64,000 nucleotides of DNA from Candidatus Doudnabacteria bacterium (GTDB lineage Bacteria; Patescibacteriota; Doudnabacteria; UBA920): contig CAWINB010000004.1 in NCBI GenBank assembly GCA_963837465.1, positions 650,853 to 714,852 on the forward strand, in the 5' to 3' direction. A model generated the notes under the pieces. That model saw only the letters and a list, made by a program, of their open reading frames with translations. It was not told where the DNA came from and ran no database searches. Below are positions 56,172 through 64,000 of the stretch, one piece after another. The position numbers and the translations under genes were made by a program. The stretch's first letter is position 1. Each line of letters starts with the position of its first letter.

Positions 56172-56310
56172 GGTAAAATGCTATAATCAACTCAGAGATG
56201 GCGGGATTTTTATCAGCATTTATCCCTAGAGGCTGGCTTTGGCCGCCGCCATCAGAGACACAGGCGGCCAAGGCCAGCCTCCGCACGGACAATCCAGCTT
56301 GTCTTAACCA

Positions 56311-57144
56311 ATGAAACAAAAAACCCTCCTCTACCAACAACTCATTCCCATTCCGCTTACCGTTGTGGTCTTCGCGGGGCTGTCGGCCGCGTTGTTTTTT
56401 CTTATCCGCCTTTTAAACCATTTGCCCGGGCCGCACATGGTTTTGCGACTGCGCTGGACAGATGTCGCGGCCGGGCTGCTGGTTTATTTTAAAACCTCGG
56501 TGGATTTTGCTTTGTTTATCGGCAGGCTGATGCGGTCCAACCAGGGCTGGAAAAAACGCATTGCCATAGAAACCGGCACGGCTTTGGGCAACGCCGTAAG
56601 CACAATGCTTATTCTGTCCCTTTGGGTGATATTTAAACAGCTCCACATTCTGCTGGGGCTGATGACGCTTTTGGCCGCGCTGGTTTTGTTTGAAATGGCC
56701 GCCGAAGGACTAAGCCATTTTGAAGACTGGAACTCGGCCGGAAAATTTAAAAAATCTTTTTATCTGGTTTTGCAGAAATTGCTGAACGCGATTTTAAAAG
56801 TCACCCACCCCGTAACATCGCGCATAATGCCCAATCTTTCCAAAAAATTAAAAGGCGAAGAAACTTTGCCCTGGTTTAGCCTGTTTATATTCGCCCTGTC
56901 CATCCCATTTATTTTAGGTTTGGATGATTTTGCCGGCTACGTCCCGCTATTTTCCTTAGTCAACGTTTTTGGTTTCGCCGTAGGCGTAATGGCCGCGCAT
57001 ATGATTTTAAATCTGGCTTTATTCCTAAAACCCCAAACCACCATAACCTGGGTCCGCAACCAATGGGTCGCCCTGTTGGGTTCTGTGGCTTTTATTGGAT
57101 TGGGGGTGTGGGGAATAATTGAGGCGATTAGGGTTTTGATTTGA
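56311..57144 (+). CDS. polytopic membrane protein, possibly CadD/LysE-superfamily transporter
   Basis: About 7 TM segments; TSVDF and GLDDFAGYVPLF resemble CadD-type motifs. Confidence 0.6.
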   Translation: MKQKTLLYQQLIPIPLTVVVFAGLSAALFFLIRLLNHLPGPHMVLRLRWTDVAAGLLVYFKTSVDFALFIGRLMRSNQGWKKRIAIETGTALGNAVSTMLILSLWVIFKQLHILLGLMTLLAALVLFEMAAEGLSHFEDWNSAGKFKKSFYLVLQKLLNAILKVTHPVTSRIMPNLSKKLKGEETLPWFSLFIFALSIPFILGLDDFAGYVPLFSLVNVFGFAVGVMAAHMILNLALFLKPQTTITWVRNQWVALLGSVAFIGLGVWGIIEAIRVLI

Positions 57145-57158
57145 GCTTCCGACAGCGC

Positions 57159-57268
57159 GCCCCTCAAGGGCAACCCTCGCGCGGAGGCTTTATATAATTT
57201 AATTATGGCCATATGATTAATTTACTACAAACCTAAACCGGGCGGCGCGAGGGTTGCCCTTGAGGGGC
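57159..57268. repeat. 24-bp perfect inverted pair around a 62-nt AT-rich spacer
   Basis: GCCCCTCAAGGGCAACCCTCGCGC ... GCGCGAGGGTTGCCCTTGAGGGGC. Confidence 0.8.
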
Positions 57269-57592
57269 TAACTCCTTAAAATAAAAACATCCCAAACTAC
57301 CAATGTTTGAGGAACTCGGAAGTAAGAAGGTGGGGAGCTTTCTTAAAAAGTTGGTAATATATTACATCATTTTATGCTTATATTGCTAACTGAGGCAAAA
57401 ACCTTTAAATAAGCCGAGTTTGGTCATAATTCTACATTTTTATTGGCGATTTTGGGTGTTTCTCTTGACATCTTTTAAAAACCCTTGATTTTATTAGCTT
57501 TTTTGGGTAATATGTAATTGTTAACTAATAAATTAGCCTACGGATTCCGTCATCTTTAAAGATTGGGGGAAAAGTGGGCAGGAGACAAAAAA

Positions 57593-57865
57593 ATGACAAA
57601 GTCAGAAATCTTGCAGGCCTTGGCCGAAAAAACGGGCATGACCCGCAAGCAGGTTAGTGAATTTATGGATGCTATGGTGGAAATGGCTTACGCCGTAACC
57701 AAAAAAGAAGGCGAATTCGTAATTCCGGGTATGGGCAAGTTGCAGAAAAAGCACCGCGACGCCAGAATGGGCAGAAACCCCGCCACCGGCGCGTCTATTT
57801 CCATTCCTGCCAAAACCGTGCTTAAATTCCGCGTAGCCAAGGCCGCCAAGGATGCTATTCTTTAG
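57593..57865 (+). CDS. hup: HU family DNA-binding protein
   Basis: MTKSEI...LAEKTG, IPGMGK, RMGRNPATG..I.IPAK..LKFR. Confidence 0.93.
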   Translation: MTKSEILQALAEKTGMTRKQVSEFMDAMVEMAYAVTKKEGEFVIPGMGKLQKKHRDARMGRNPATGASISIPAKTVLKFRVAKAAKDAIL

Positions 57866-57908
57866 TAATTCGCGGGAATCCGTAATATAGAATTTAGACA
57901 GTAATTAG

Positions 57909-57943
57909 AAAACCGTCCTTTGGCTTCGCTAAGGGCGGTTTTT
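57909..57943 (+). terminator. intrinsic terminator after HU
   Basis: AACCGTCCTT...AAGGGCGGTT TTT. Confidence 0.7.
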
Positions 57944-58033
57944 TAATTTGGGGACTCTATGTTATAATGGGGTTATAATGGGATTGTAAATTATTTTTTT
58001 TGTGCAGAGTTTAAACCAAGCTTGAAATAAAAT

Positions 58034-58474
58034 ATGCAGAATTACCTAAAAAAAATCCAGCTGGAAACCAAAAAGCAATTTGAAATTATAGATATCACCG
58101 CCTATGCCAAACAGGCTGTTGCCGAGTCTAAGGTTAAAAGCGGATTGGCTGTGGTGGTTTGTCCCCATACTACGGCCTCGGTGCGGCTTAACCACAACGA
58201 GCCGTTGCTTATGCAGGATATTATGAAAGCGCTTTACCGTTTGGTGCCGATTGACAACAGCTACAGCCACGATCTGTTTGAGGTGCGGCAGAACGTGGCG
58301 CCCAACGAGCGCAGTAACGGCCACGCCCACGTTAAAGCTTTTTTAATGGGGTCTTCGGAATCGCTGATTATTGAAAACAGTCAACTTATGCTTGGCGGCA
58401 AGCAAAGCCTGTTTTTTGTGGAGCTGGACGGCGGCCGGAGCAGAGAGGTTTTTGTAAAGGTTTTGGGAGAGTAG
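58034..58474 (+). CDS. yjbQ: YjbQ/UPF0047 family protein
   Basis: PHTTAS..N, NGHAHVKA.L.G.S, LG..Q..FF.ELDG. Confidence 0.9.
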   Translation: MQNYLKKIQLETKKQFEIIDITAYAKQAVAESKVKSGLAVVVCPHTTASVRLNHNEPLLMQDIMKALYRLVPIDNSYSHDLFEVRQNVAPNERSNGHAHVKAFLMGSSESLIIENSQLMLGGKQSLFFVELDGGRSREVFVKVLGE

Positions 58475-58513
58475 ACGTTTAGGATAGATAATAGAAAAAC
58501 TGGTTTCCTTTTA

Positions 58514-58559
58514 GGTTTCGTGTGCGCTAGCGTACTAGTACGCTAGCGCACACGAAACC
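58514..58559. repeat. 46-bp perfect loop-less palindrome
   Basis: GGTTTCGTGTGCGCTAGCGTACT|AGTACGCTAGCGCACACGAAACC; partial copies at 19137-19162 and 36756-36775. Confidence 0.9.
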
Positions 58560-58585
58560 CGTTTTAGCCTCTGCGTATCTAAAAA

Positions 58586-59431
58586 ATGGCCAAAAGATTT
58601 TTAATCTGCTTAGTGTTGGTGTTATTGTTTTTTGCCGCGGCAGGAATTTACGGGGCGCTAAAGTACCGCGCCCAAATAAGGCAGGCCAGGCAAACCGCCA
58701 AAGCGCCGCAAACAAGCATTACTTTACTGCCGGGATGGAATAATCAGCAAATCGCCGATTATTTGCAGAAGAATAATATTGTTTCCGCGGCTGATTTTTT
58801 GAGCGCGGAGAAATCTTTTAACCTTTCCGTTTTTAATATGTCATATTATCCCAACCTAACAAGTAAGCCGGCCGCCGCCGACTTACAGGGCTTTATTTTT
58901 CCGGATACTTATTTTATCCCGGCCGCGGCACCCAGCGGTACCAATATTAGCGACATAATTATAGAAAAAGCACTGGATAATTTTTCCCAAAAGATTACGC
59001 CCCAAATAATTGACCAAGCGCAAAGCCAGGGGCTGGATTTGTACCAGCTCATTACTTTGGCATCTATAATAGAAAAAGAAACCGGGGCAAGCCAGGATGA
59101 CAAAAGAATAGTAGCCGGAATTTTTTATAACCGCCTTAACGCCGGTATGCCTCTGCAAAGCGATGCCACGGTAGAATACGCCTTGGGGCAAAGCAACAGC
59201 CATACCAGCGACCAGGACACGCAGGTTAATTCTCCATACAATACTTATTTGCATAACGGCTTGCCTCCGGGGCCGATATGCAACCCCTCCCTGGCTTCCA
59301 TTATGGCCGCGGCAGACCCAATCCAAACCAGTTATTTTTATTTTTTGACAGACCCCAAAACCGGCCAGGCCATTTACGCGCAAACGTACCAGGAGCAGCG
59401 GCAAAACCAGCAAAAATATTTGGGTGATTGA
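58586..59431 (+). CDS. mltG: endolytic transglycosylase MltG
   Basis: GFIFPDTY, LASIIEKE, NRL..GMPLQSDAT, SPYNTY...GLPPGPICNP. Confidence 0.92.
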   Translation: MAKRFLICLVLVLLFFAAAGIYGALKYRAQIRQARQTAKAPQTSITLLPGWNNQQIADYLQKNNIVSAADFLSAEKSFNLSVFNMSYYPNLTSKPAAADLQGFIFPDTYFIPAAAPSGTNISDIIIEKALDNFSQKITPQIIDQAQSQGLDLYQLITLASIIEKETGASQDDKRIVAGIFYNRLNAGMPLQSDATVEYALGQSNSHTSDQDTQVNSPYNTYLHNGLPPGPICNPSLASIMAAADPIQTSYFYFLTDPKTGQAIYAQTYQEQRQNQQKYLGD

Positions 59432-59695
59432 ATTTTGATAATTATCGTGTGTTTTGTAGGGCTGGCTTTCTTGACCGACGAAGCCTCGGCGAAGTTGGTA
59501 GTCGCCCGTCAAAGGATGGAGGGCTGCTAATCCCCGCACCTACAAACTTTGAATCACAAAACGCCATTCCGAGCGCGGCGAGGAATCCCTTTCCATAAAG
59601 AATTATCCTTAGATAAGGGATCCCTCACTCGGCTGCTACTGTTCGGGATGGCCAAAATAGTGTTTCGTAATTTAAAGCTACAAAGATGGTTCGAG

Positions 59696-60616
59696 TTACC
59701 CTAAATGGCTACCCACAAAATCCCTATAACCATTTAAAAAATCGTTTATTGCCATTTCATTTTTACCCTCAAGCTTGAGGGTTTTTATTTGGATTATTGT
59801 GCTATTGCCGGAGGACACTTTGCCGCCGGGCATTATTGTCCCCGGGTCGCTAAGCGCAGTCTCGTCCGTTGGCAGGCAATCCAAAATCTGGATTTTTTTG
59901 CCCTGCCAGGTTGTCCAAATTCCCGGCCAAATATAGAAAGCGCGGAACTGGTTGTATATTTCCGCGGCTGTTTTTTGCCAGTTAATCTGCCCATCCTGTT
60001 TGGCTATGATTTTGCTGTAACTGGCGGCGGAATCATCCTGGGGCAGGGGAGTTATTTTGCCGTTCGCGTAGTCATTTAATACTTCGTTAATGATTTTCGC
60101 GGAAAGCCGGGCTAACTTATCTGACAGCGTAAAGAAATTGTCATCGGAGTCTATACCTGTAATTTCCTGGGATAACAGCGGGCCGTCATCAACTTTTTCA
60201 TCCAGCAAAAATATGGAAGTGCCGGTTTGCGCGTCACCGTTAAGCAGCGCGAACTGAATGGGGGATGGGCCCCGGTATTTCGGCAAAACCGAAAAGTGGA
60301 CATTGACGGTTTTAAATTTCGGCAGGTTAATTATCTGGGGCGGCAAAATTTTGCCGTAAGCCACCACTACAAAAATATCAGCGCCTAAATTTCGCAGCTC
60401 TGCCGGAAGTTCCTGGTTATTTTTTACTTTTTCGGGCTTAAAAGTTTTTAAGCTTAAATCTTTGGCCAAAGCCGCAACGGGGCTTTCCCGGGTCAATTGT
60501 TTGCGCCCGACCTTAACATCCGGCGTGGTAACCACAGCCAAAACCTCATGCTGCTTTTTTAAAGCTTCCAAAACCGGCAGTGCCACGTTGGAAGTGCCAA
60601 AAAATATTATTTTCAT
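59696..60616 (-). CDS. fmt: methionyl-tRNA formyltransferase
   Basis: IIFFGT, VVAYGKIL, NVHFSVLPKYRGPSPIQ. Confidence 0.97.
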   Translation of the reverse strand: MKIIFFGTSNVALPVLEALKKQHEVLAVVTTPDVKVGRKQLTRESPVAALAKDLSLKTFKPEKVKNNQELPAELRNLGADIFVVVAYGKILPPQIINLPKFKTVNVHFSVLPKYRGPSPIQFALLNGDAQTGTSIFLLDEKVDDGPLLSQEITGIDSDDNFFTLSDKLARLSAKIINEVLNDYANGKITPLPQDDSAASYSKIIAKQDGQINWQKTAAEIYNQFRAFYIWPGIWTTWQGKKIQILDCLPTDETALSDPGTIMPGGKVSSGNSTIIQIKTLKLEGKNEMAINDFLNGYRDFVGSHLG

Positions 60617-60679
60617 AGAGTTTGCAAAGTACGAAAAATTTACGAGCTCGCGAATCGCCGCGCAGGTCCTTCATAAATT

Positions 60680-61249
60680 CTATTTTAATTGCGACACTAT
60701 TTTTCTTAAAATTTTCGCTTCCAGCCGGCAATCCACCAAAGCGTCGTGGAGTTGATTTTTATCAACTTTTATCTTAAGCATCTTAACCAGACTTTCCAGC
60801 CCAAAACCGGCAAAGTCCTTTTTGGACGTCAGCCGGTTTTTGTTGGCCAGATAAGCGTAGAACAAGCCCCAGATGTTAAAGGTATGGTAGTCAAAGGGAT
60901 AGTTTAGTTTAGTTTTTTTGTAGGCCGTGGATAAAAACAGGATGTCATTAATGCCTACATAATAGGCAAGAATTACATTTTTAAGGTCAAAAATTTTGCC
61001 GAATTTTTGCAGGGCCTGCTTAAGCGTCGGCGCGTCTTTTAGCTGCTCCCAGCTAATTTTGTTCACAGCCATGGATTCCGGGTCGCGATTTTTCCAGTTT
61101 AAGGGCTTGATGTAAGTGTTAAAAGCCTGTTTTTCCTTAAGAGTTTTTTTATCCAGAAGCACGGCCGCCAACTGGATAAGGTCGTGTTTGCCCGCGTCCA
61201 GGCCAGTAAATTCGGTATCAATCAAAAGGATGTCTTTCTTAAAGTTCAT
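60680..61249 (-). CDS. DEDDh 3'-5' exonuclease
   Basis: IDTEFTGLD, D..FL, HDALVD. Confidence 0.85.
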   Translation of the reverse strand: MNFKKDILLIDTEFTGLDAGKHDLIQLAAVLLDKKTLKEKQAFNTYIKPLNWKNRDPESMAVNKISWEQLKDAPTLKQALQKFGKIFDLKNVILAYYVGINDILFLSTAYKKTKLNYPFDYHTFNIWGLFYAYLANKNRLTSKKDFAGFGLESLVKMLKIKVDKNQLHDALVDCRLEAKILRKIVSQLK

Positions 61250-61327
61250 AGCGCGCCATTCCGAGGGCAGGCGCAGCCGCCGCCCGGGGAACCCTTTAAA
61301 TTTAATTATTGCGAAACAGTACGGTTA

Positions 61328-61360
61328 ACGTAGTGTCAAGGGTGACCCTTGACACTACGT
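61328..61360. repeat. 33-bp palindrome, 1-nt centre
   Basis: ACGTAGTGTCAAGGGT-G-ACCCTTGACACTACGT. Confidence 0.85.
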
Positions 61361-61376
61361 GGGGTGCCGTGTCCTT

Positions 61377-61913
61377 CTACACTTCCTTGATTATTCTTCT
61401 GAAAATTTCCGCGTCCAGCCTGACTTTTTCCAGAGCGTCGTAAGGATTTTTTTGCTTTAGCCTGAAGTAATCAATAAAAGTATGGAAGCTCGGCATTTTT
61501 TTCAGGCCGTAATTCAGGGTATAAATGTAACCCAGAGTCCATACTTGGATTATGTGCGGATCGTAATCAAATTTGGCCGCGGCTTTTTTAAAAGCGTTTT
61601 TTAAAAACAGCAGATTGTTAAAATTATGGCTGCCCAAAAGTAAATTTGTGCCAAACTTGCCGTGGAAATTTTTCACCGCGTCGTAAATTTTCGGGCTTTT
61701 GCGCAGGGTTTCGTAATCGGTGTGGAGCAATGCCGCGTGTTCGTTTATAATACTGTCCAGATAACTTATGCGGATATAGCTGGTAAAATTGTCTTTTTCC
61801 AGCAGGTTATCTTTATCCAGTAAAACCGCGGACAATTGGATTACCGAATCTTTGTCCGGATCCGGCCCGGTGGTTGTGACTTCAAAAAATAACAAATCTT
61901 TGATGAACTTCAT
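61377..61913 (-). CDS. DEDDh exonuclease paralog with degenerate active site
   Basis: Colinear with neighbour (IQL.AVLLDK..L.EK..F..YI) but FEVTTTG, N..FL and YDALEK replace the catalytic motifs. Confidence 0.8.
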   Translation of the reverse strand: MKFIKDLLFFEVTTTGPDPDKDSVIQLSAVLLDKDNLLEKDNFTSYIRISYLDSIINEHAALLHTDYETLRKSPKIYDAVKNFHGKFGTNLLLGSHNFNNLLFLKNAFKKAAAKFDYDPHIIQVWTLGYIYTLNYGLKKMPSFHTFIDYFRLKQKNPYDALEKVRLDAEIFRRIIKEV

Positions 61914-61993
61914 AAAATTTACGAGATACGGAAATTTGCGAACTTACGAATGGCGCGACTTCGTAAGTTCGCACGCGTTCGACGGTTCGCAAA

Positions 61994-62497
61994 CTACAAC
62001 TTTTTTTCTTTCTTCCATTGACTGACAATTTCCTCCCCCTGCGTGTACTTGTTAATCAAATCTATAATCAGCCGGCCGTTAATGTGGTCAATTTCGTGCT
62101 GCGCCACGCGGCTGACCCAGGCCTCATCCGTAAAAGTAATTTTTTCCCCCAGCGCATTTTGCGCCGCAATGGTAACTTTTCGCGGGCGCTTGACCATGCC
62201 AAATACTCCGCGAATGGACAGGCAACCTTCTTCCAGTTCTGTTTTTTTTAGTCCTTTATAAACAACTTTCGGGTTGTAGAGCGCCAGCAGGGGAATGCTG
62301 TTTTTTTCCAGATTAATGATAATCAATTTTACGGATTTTCCAACCTGCGGCGCGGCCAACCCAATGCCGTCAGCCTGCCGCACCGTGTCCATCATGTCTT
62401 TGGTCAATTTTTTTATTTCCGGCGGCAAAGGAAAAATTACCGGCTCGGTCGGTTTGCGCAAAGCTTCGTTGGGATAAGTAAGGATTGGTAGAATCAT
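61994..62497 (-). CDS. def: peptide deformylase
   Basis: GIGLAAPQVG, EGCLS, QHEIDH. Confidence 0.97.
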   Translation of the reverse strand: MILPILTYPNEALRKPTEPVIFPLPPEIKKLTKDMMDTVRQADGIGLAAPQVGKSVKLIIINLEKNSIPLLALYNPKVVYKGLKKTELEEGCLSIRGVFGMVKRPRKVTIAAQNALGEKITFTDEAWVSRVAQHEIDHINGRLIIDLINKYTQGEEIVSQWKKEKKL

Positions 62498-62531
62498 ACT
62501 GGTAATGACAAAAATAACAAACCTTAATTTA

Positions 62532-62900
62532 TTATTCAGCTGTCATCCCGAGCGCGTCCGAGGAATCCCTCGCTTTGTCCGGGACGGCAGTAAACTGCCG
62601 TTTTCGCATAATTTTGTCATTTTTGCCCAATTCCTGATTGTTCTTTTTTATCAAATAAGCAAACAGCCGTCCCGGGGTTTTTACGGTTTTGCTTTCCGTT
62701 ATCTGTCCCGCCAGTCCCCGTAGAAAGTCGTGATTATACAAAACCGCCATCTTTAAATAAAACGCGAAGTGTTTCCTGTCGTTCAGTTTTTGGGAAAGTT
62801 CGTCGGCCAAAAGATGGTTGGCAGAATGCAAATGGGGGCTGGGCTTAGGCTTGGCCGCTTTTCTCTGCTCAAATTTGGCGATTTTACCCAAAAGTTCCAT
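62532..62900 (-). CDS. basic hypothetical protein; C-terminus supplied by a palindromic repeat
   Basis: ATG 62900 lies 6 nt after TATAAT; LNDRKHFAFYLKM, KTPGRLF; last ~19 codons overlap repeat 62541-62589. Confidence 0.65.
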   Translation of the reverse strand: MELLGKIAKFEQRKAAKPKPSPHLHSANHLLADELSQKLNDRKHFAFYLKMAVLYNHDFLRGLAGQITESKTVKTPGRLFAYLIKKNNQELGKNDKIMRKRQFTAVPDKARDSSDALGMTAE

Positions 62901-62968
62901 AAGATTATTATACATTATTTTCTTAAAAAAGGCTATTAAAATAGGCATTTTTGGGTTATAATTGGTTT

Positions 62969-64000
62969 ATGGAAAAAATGGATATTGCCGGATTAAAAGT
63001 CAATGCCGTTACCAAACGGGAATTTCTGGCCCAATGCCTGGCGCGGGTAAAAGCGGGAGAGAAAACTTTTGTCATCACGCCTTATTCCGAGTTTTTGTAC
63101 CGTGCTTTTAAGAACCCATCGCTTTTGGAAATTTTCAACGCCGCGGATTTTTCCCTGGCCGACGGCATCGGAATTTTTTGGGCCAAAAAATATTTGGGCT
63201 TGCCTTTAACCGCCAAAAGTTTTTACGGAAAAATTTTGCAGAGTTTATGGCAAATGTTTTATAGTTTGGCCGCGATAATTTTTTATCCCGCCTGGATAAA
63301 ATTGGCATTGCCGGAAAAAATCGTAGGCGCGGACTTGGTATGGGATTTGGCAAGACTTGCGGCCAACAACAACCTGTCAATTTATCTTTTGGGCGGGTTC
63401 GGCGACACGGCAAAAATAGCCGCCCATCAACTAACCGCTGTTACTAAAAATGACGGCCGTCATTTAAGCGAACGGTTAAAAATCGCGGGATGGTCAAATA
63501 AAAATCCGGATGACCTCTCGGTTATGAAGGACATTAACAAATCATCAGCGGATATTTTGTTTGTGGCTTACGGCCCGGTAAAACAGGAGAAATGGATAGC
63601 GGAAAATTTAAAAAACCTTAACGTTAAACTGGCCATAGGCGTGGGCGGCAGTTTTGATTACATCGCGGGAGTAAAATCCGCGCCGCCGAAAATCATCAGA
63701 TATTCCGGCCTGGAATGGTTATGGCGGCTGGTTACCCAACCCTACCGTTTTAAAAGAATCGTGAACGCGACTTTTGGGTTGATGACTTATCTTACCCGCT
63801 ACAAAGTTTTTATGAGCTATCCTTATCGTAAAAACGTTGTCAGTATTATTTTAAACTCAAAAAATGAAGTGCTGATATGCCGCCGCAATCCCAACAATCC
63901 CCAAGACATACTCTACGGTTTTCAAAAAAATGACATGGTTAATTATTGGCAGTTTACCCAAGGCGGGATAGATGATGGAGAAACCATTGAACAAACGGCT
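62969..64000 (+). CDS. WecB/TagA/CpsF glycosyltransferase fused to a C-terminal Nudix (RppH-like) domain; 3'-truncated by window edge
   Basis: Manual translation: ADGIGI, GADL, LFVAYGPVKQEKW, GVGGSFDYIAG, GLEWLWRL..QP.R, then YRKNV..IILN...VLICRR...WQFTQGGIDDGETIEQTA. Confidence 0.85.
   Translation, partial: MEKMDIAGLKVNAVTKREFLAQCLARVKAGEKTFVITPYSEFLYRAFKNPSLLEIFNAADFSLADGIGIFWAKKYLGLPLTAKSFYGKILQSLWQMFYSLAAIIFYPAWIKLALPEKIVGADLVWDLARLAANNNLSIYLLGGFGDTAKIAAHQLTAVTKNDGRHLSERLKIAGWSNKNPDDLSVMKDINKSSADILFVAYGPVKQEKWIAENLKNLNVKLAIGVGGSFDYIAGVKSAPPKIIRYSGLEWLWRLVTQPYRFKRIVNATFGLMTYLTRYKVFMSYPYRKNVVSIILNSKNEVLICRRNPNNPQDILYGFQKNDMVNYWQFTQGGIDDGETIEQTA

Noticed and set aside
56190-56290. Fluoride riboswitch (GAGATGG start)
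   Set aside because: Lacks the downstream GCTRATGAC-type segment and expected P1 pairing; kept only as an unknown structured leader
1-64000. CRISPR array
   Set aside because: Repeats are 7-10-nt tandem units or palindromes with no unique ~30-nt spacers, and no cas genes are present

Overview
Chromosomal segment of a small-genome bacterium, most consistent with Patescibacteria/CPR (inferred from gene content: conjugation-like PrgI/VirB4 locus, several probably leaderless genes, and no complete amino-acid pathway in the window). The core is housekeeping: radA, recG, clpC, recX, lemA-htpX, a secA paralog, gatCAB, miaA, holB, frr, rseP, proS, mreBCD-pbp2, folD, secE-nusG-rplK-rplA, HU, mltG, def/fmt, and tRNA-Arg(CCG), tRNA-Ser(TGA) and tRNA-Ser(GCT). 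It also has an ECF sigma/anti-sigma pair, one 1.2-kb IS and a hicBA pair. Four things stand out. (1) Intergenic cassettes are built from inverted arms of degenerate 7-10-nt tandem repeats. They occur 'filled' with a four-helix-bundle or GxxExxY gene and 'empty' with matching arm architecture, and one arm is a telomere-like (CCCCTAA)n run. (2) A TrpR/YerC repressor ends in His-His-His followed by a classical four-segment attenuator, upstream of an unusual LOG + HisG-like + radical SAM operon. (3) A D-armless tRNA-like RNA with G3:U70 and its own promoter lies antisense inside an ORF. (4) Several MITE/palindrome families are present, some inserted in frame in essential genes. Five single-base frameshifts, including one in proS, suggest assembly indel errors.
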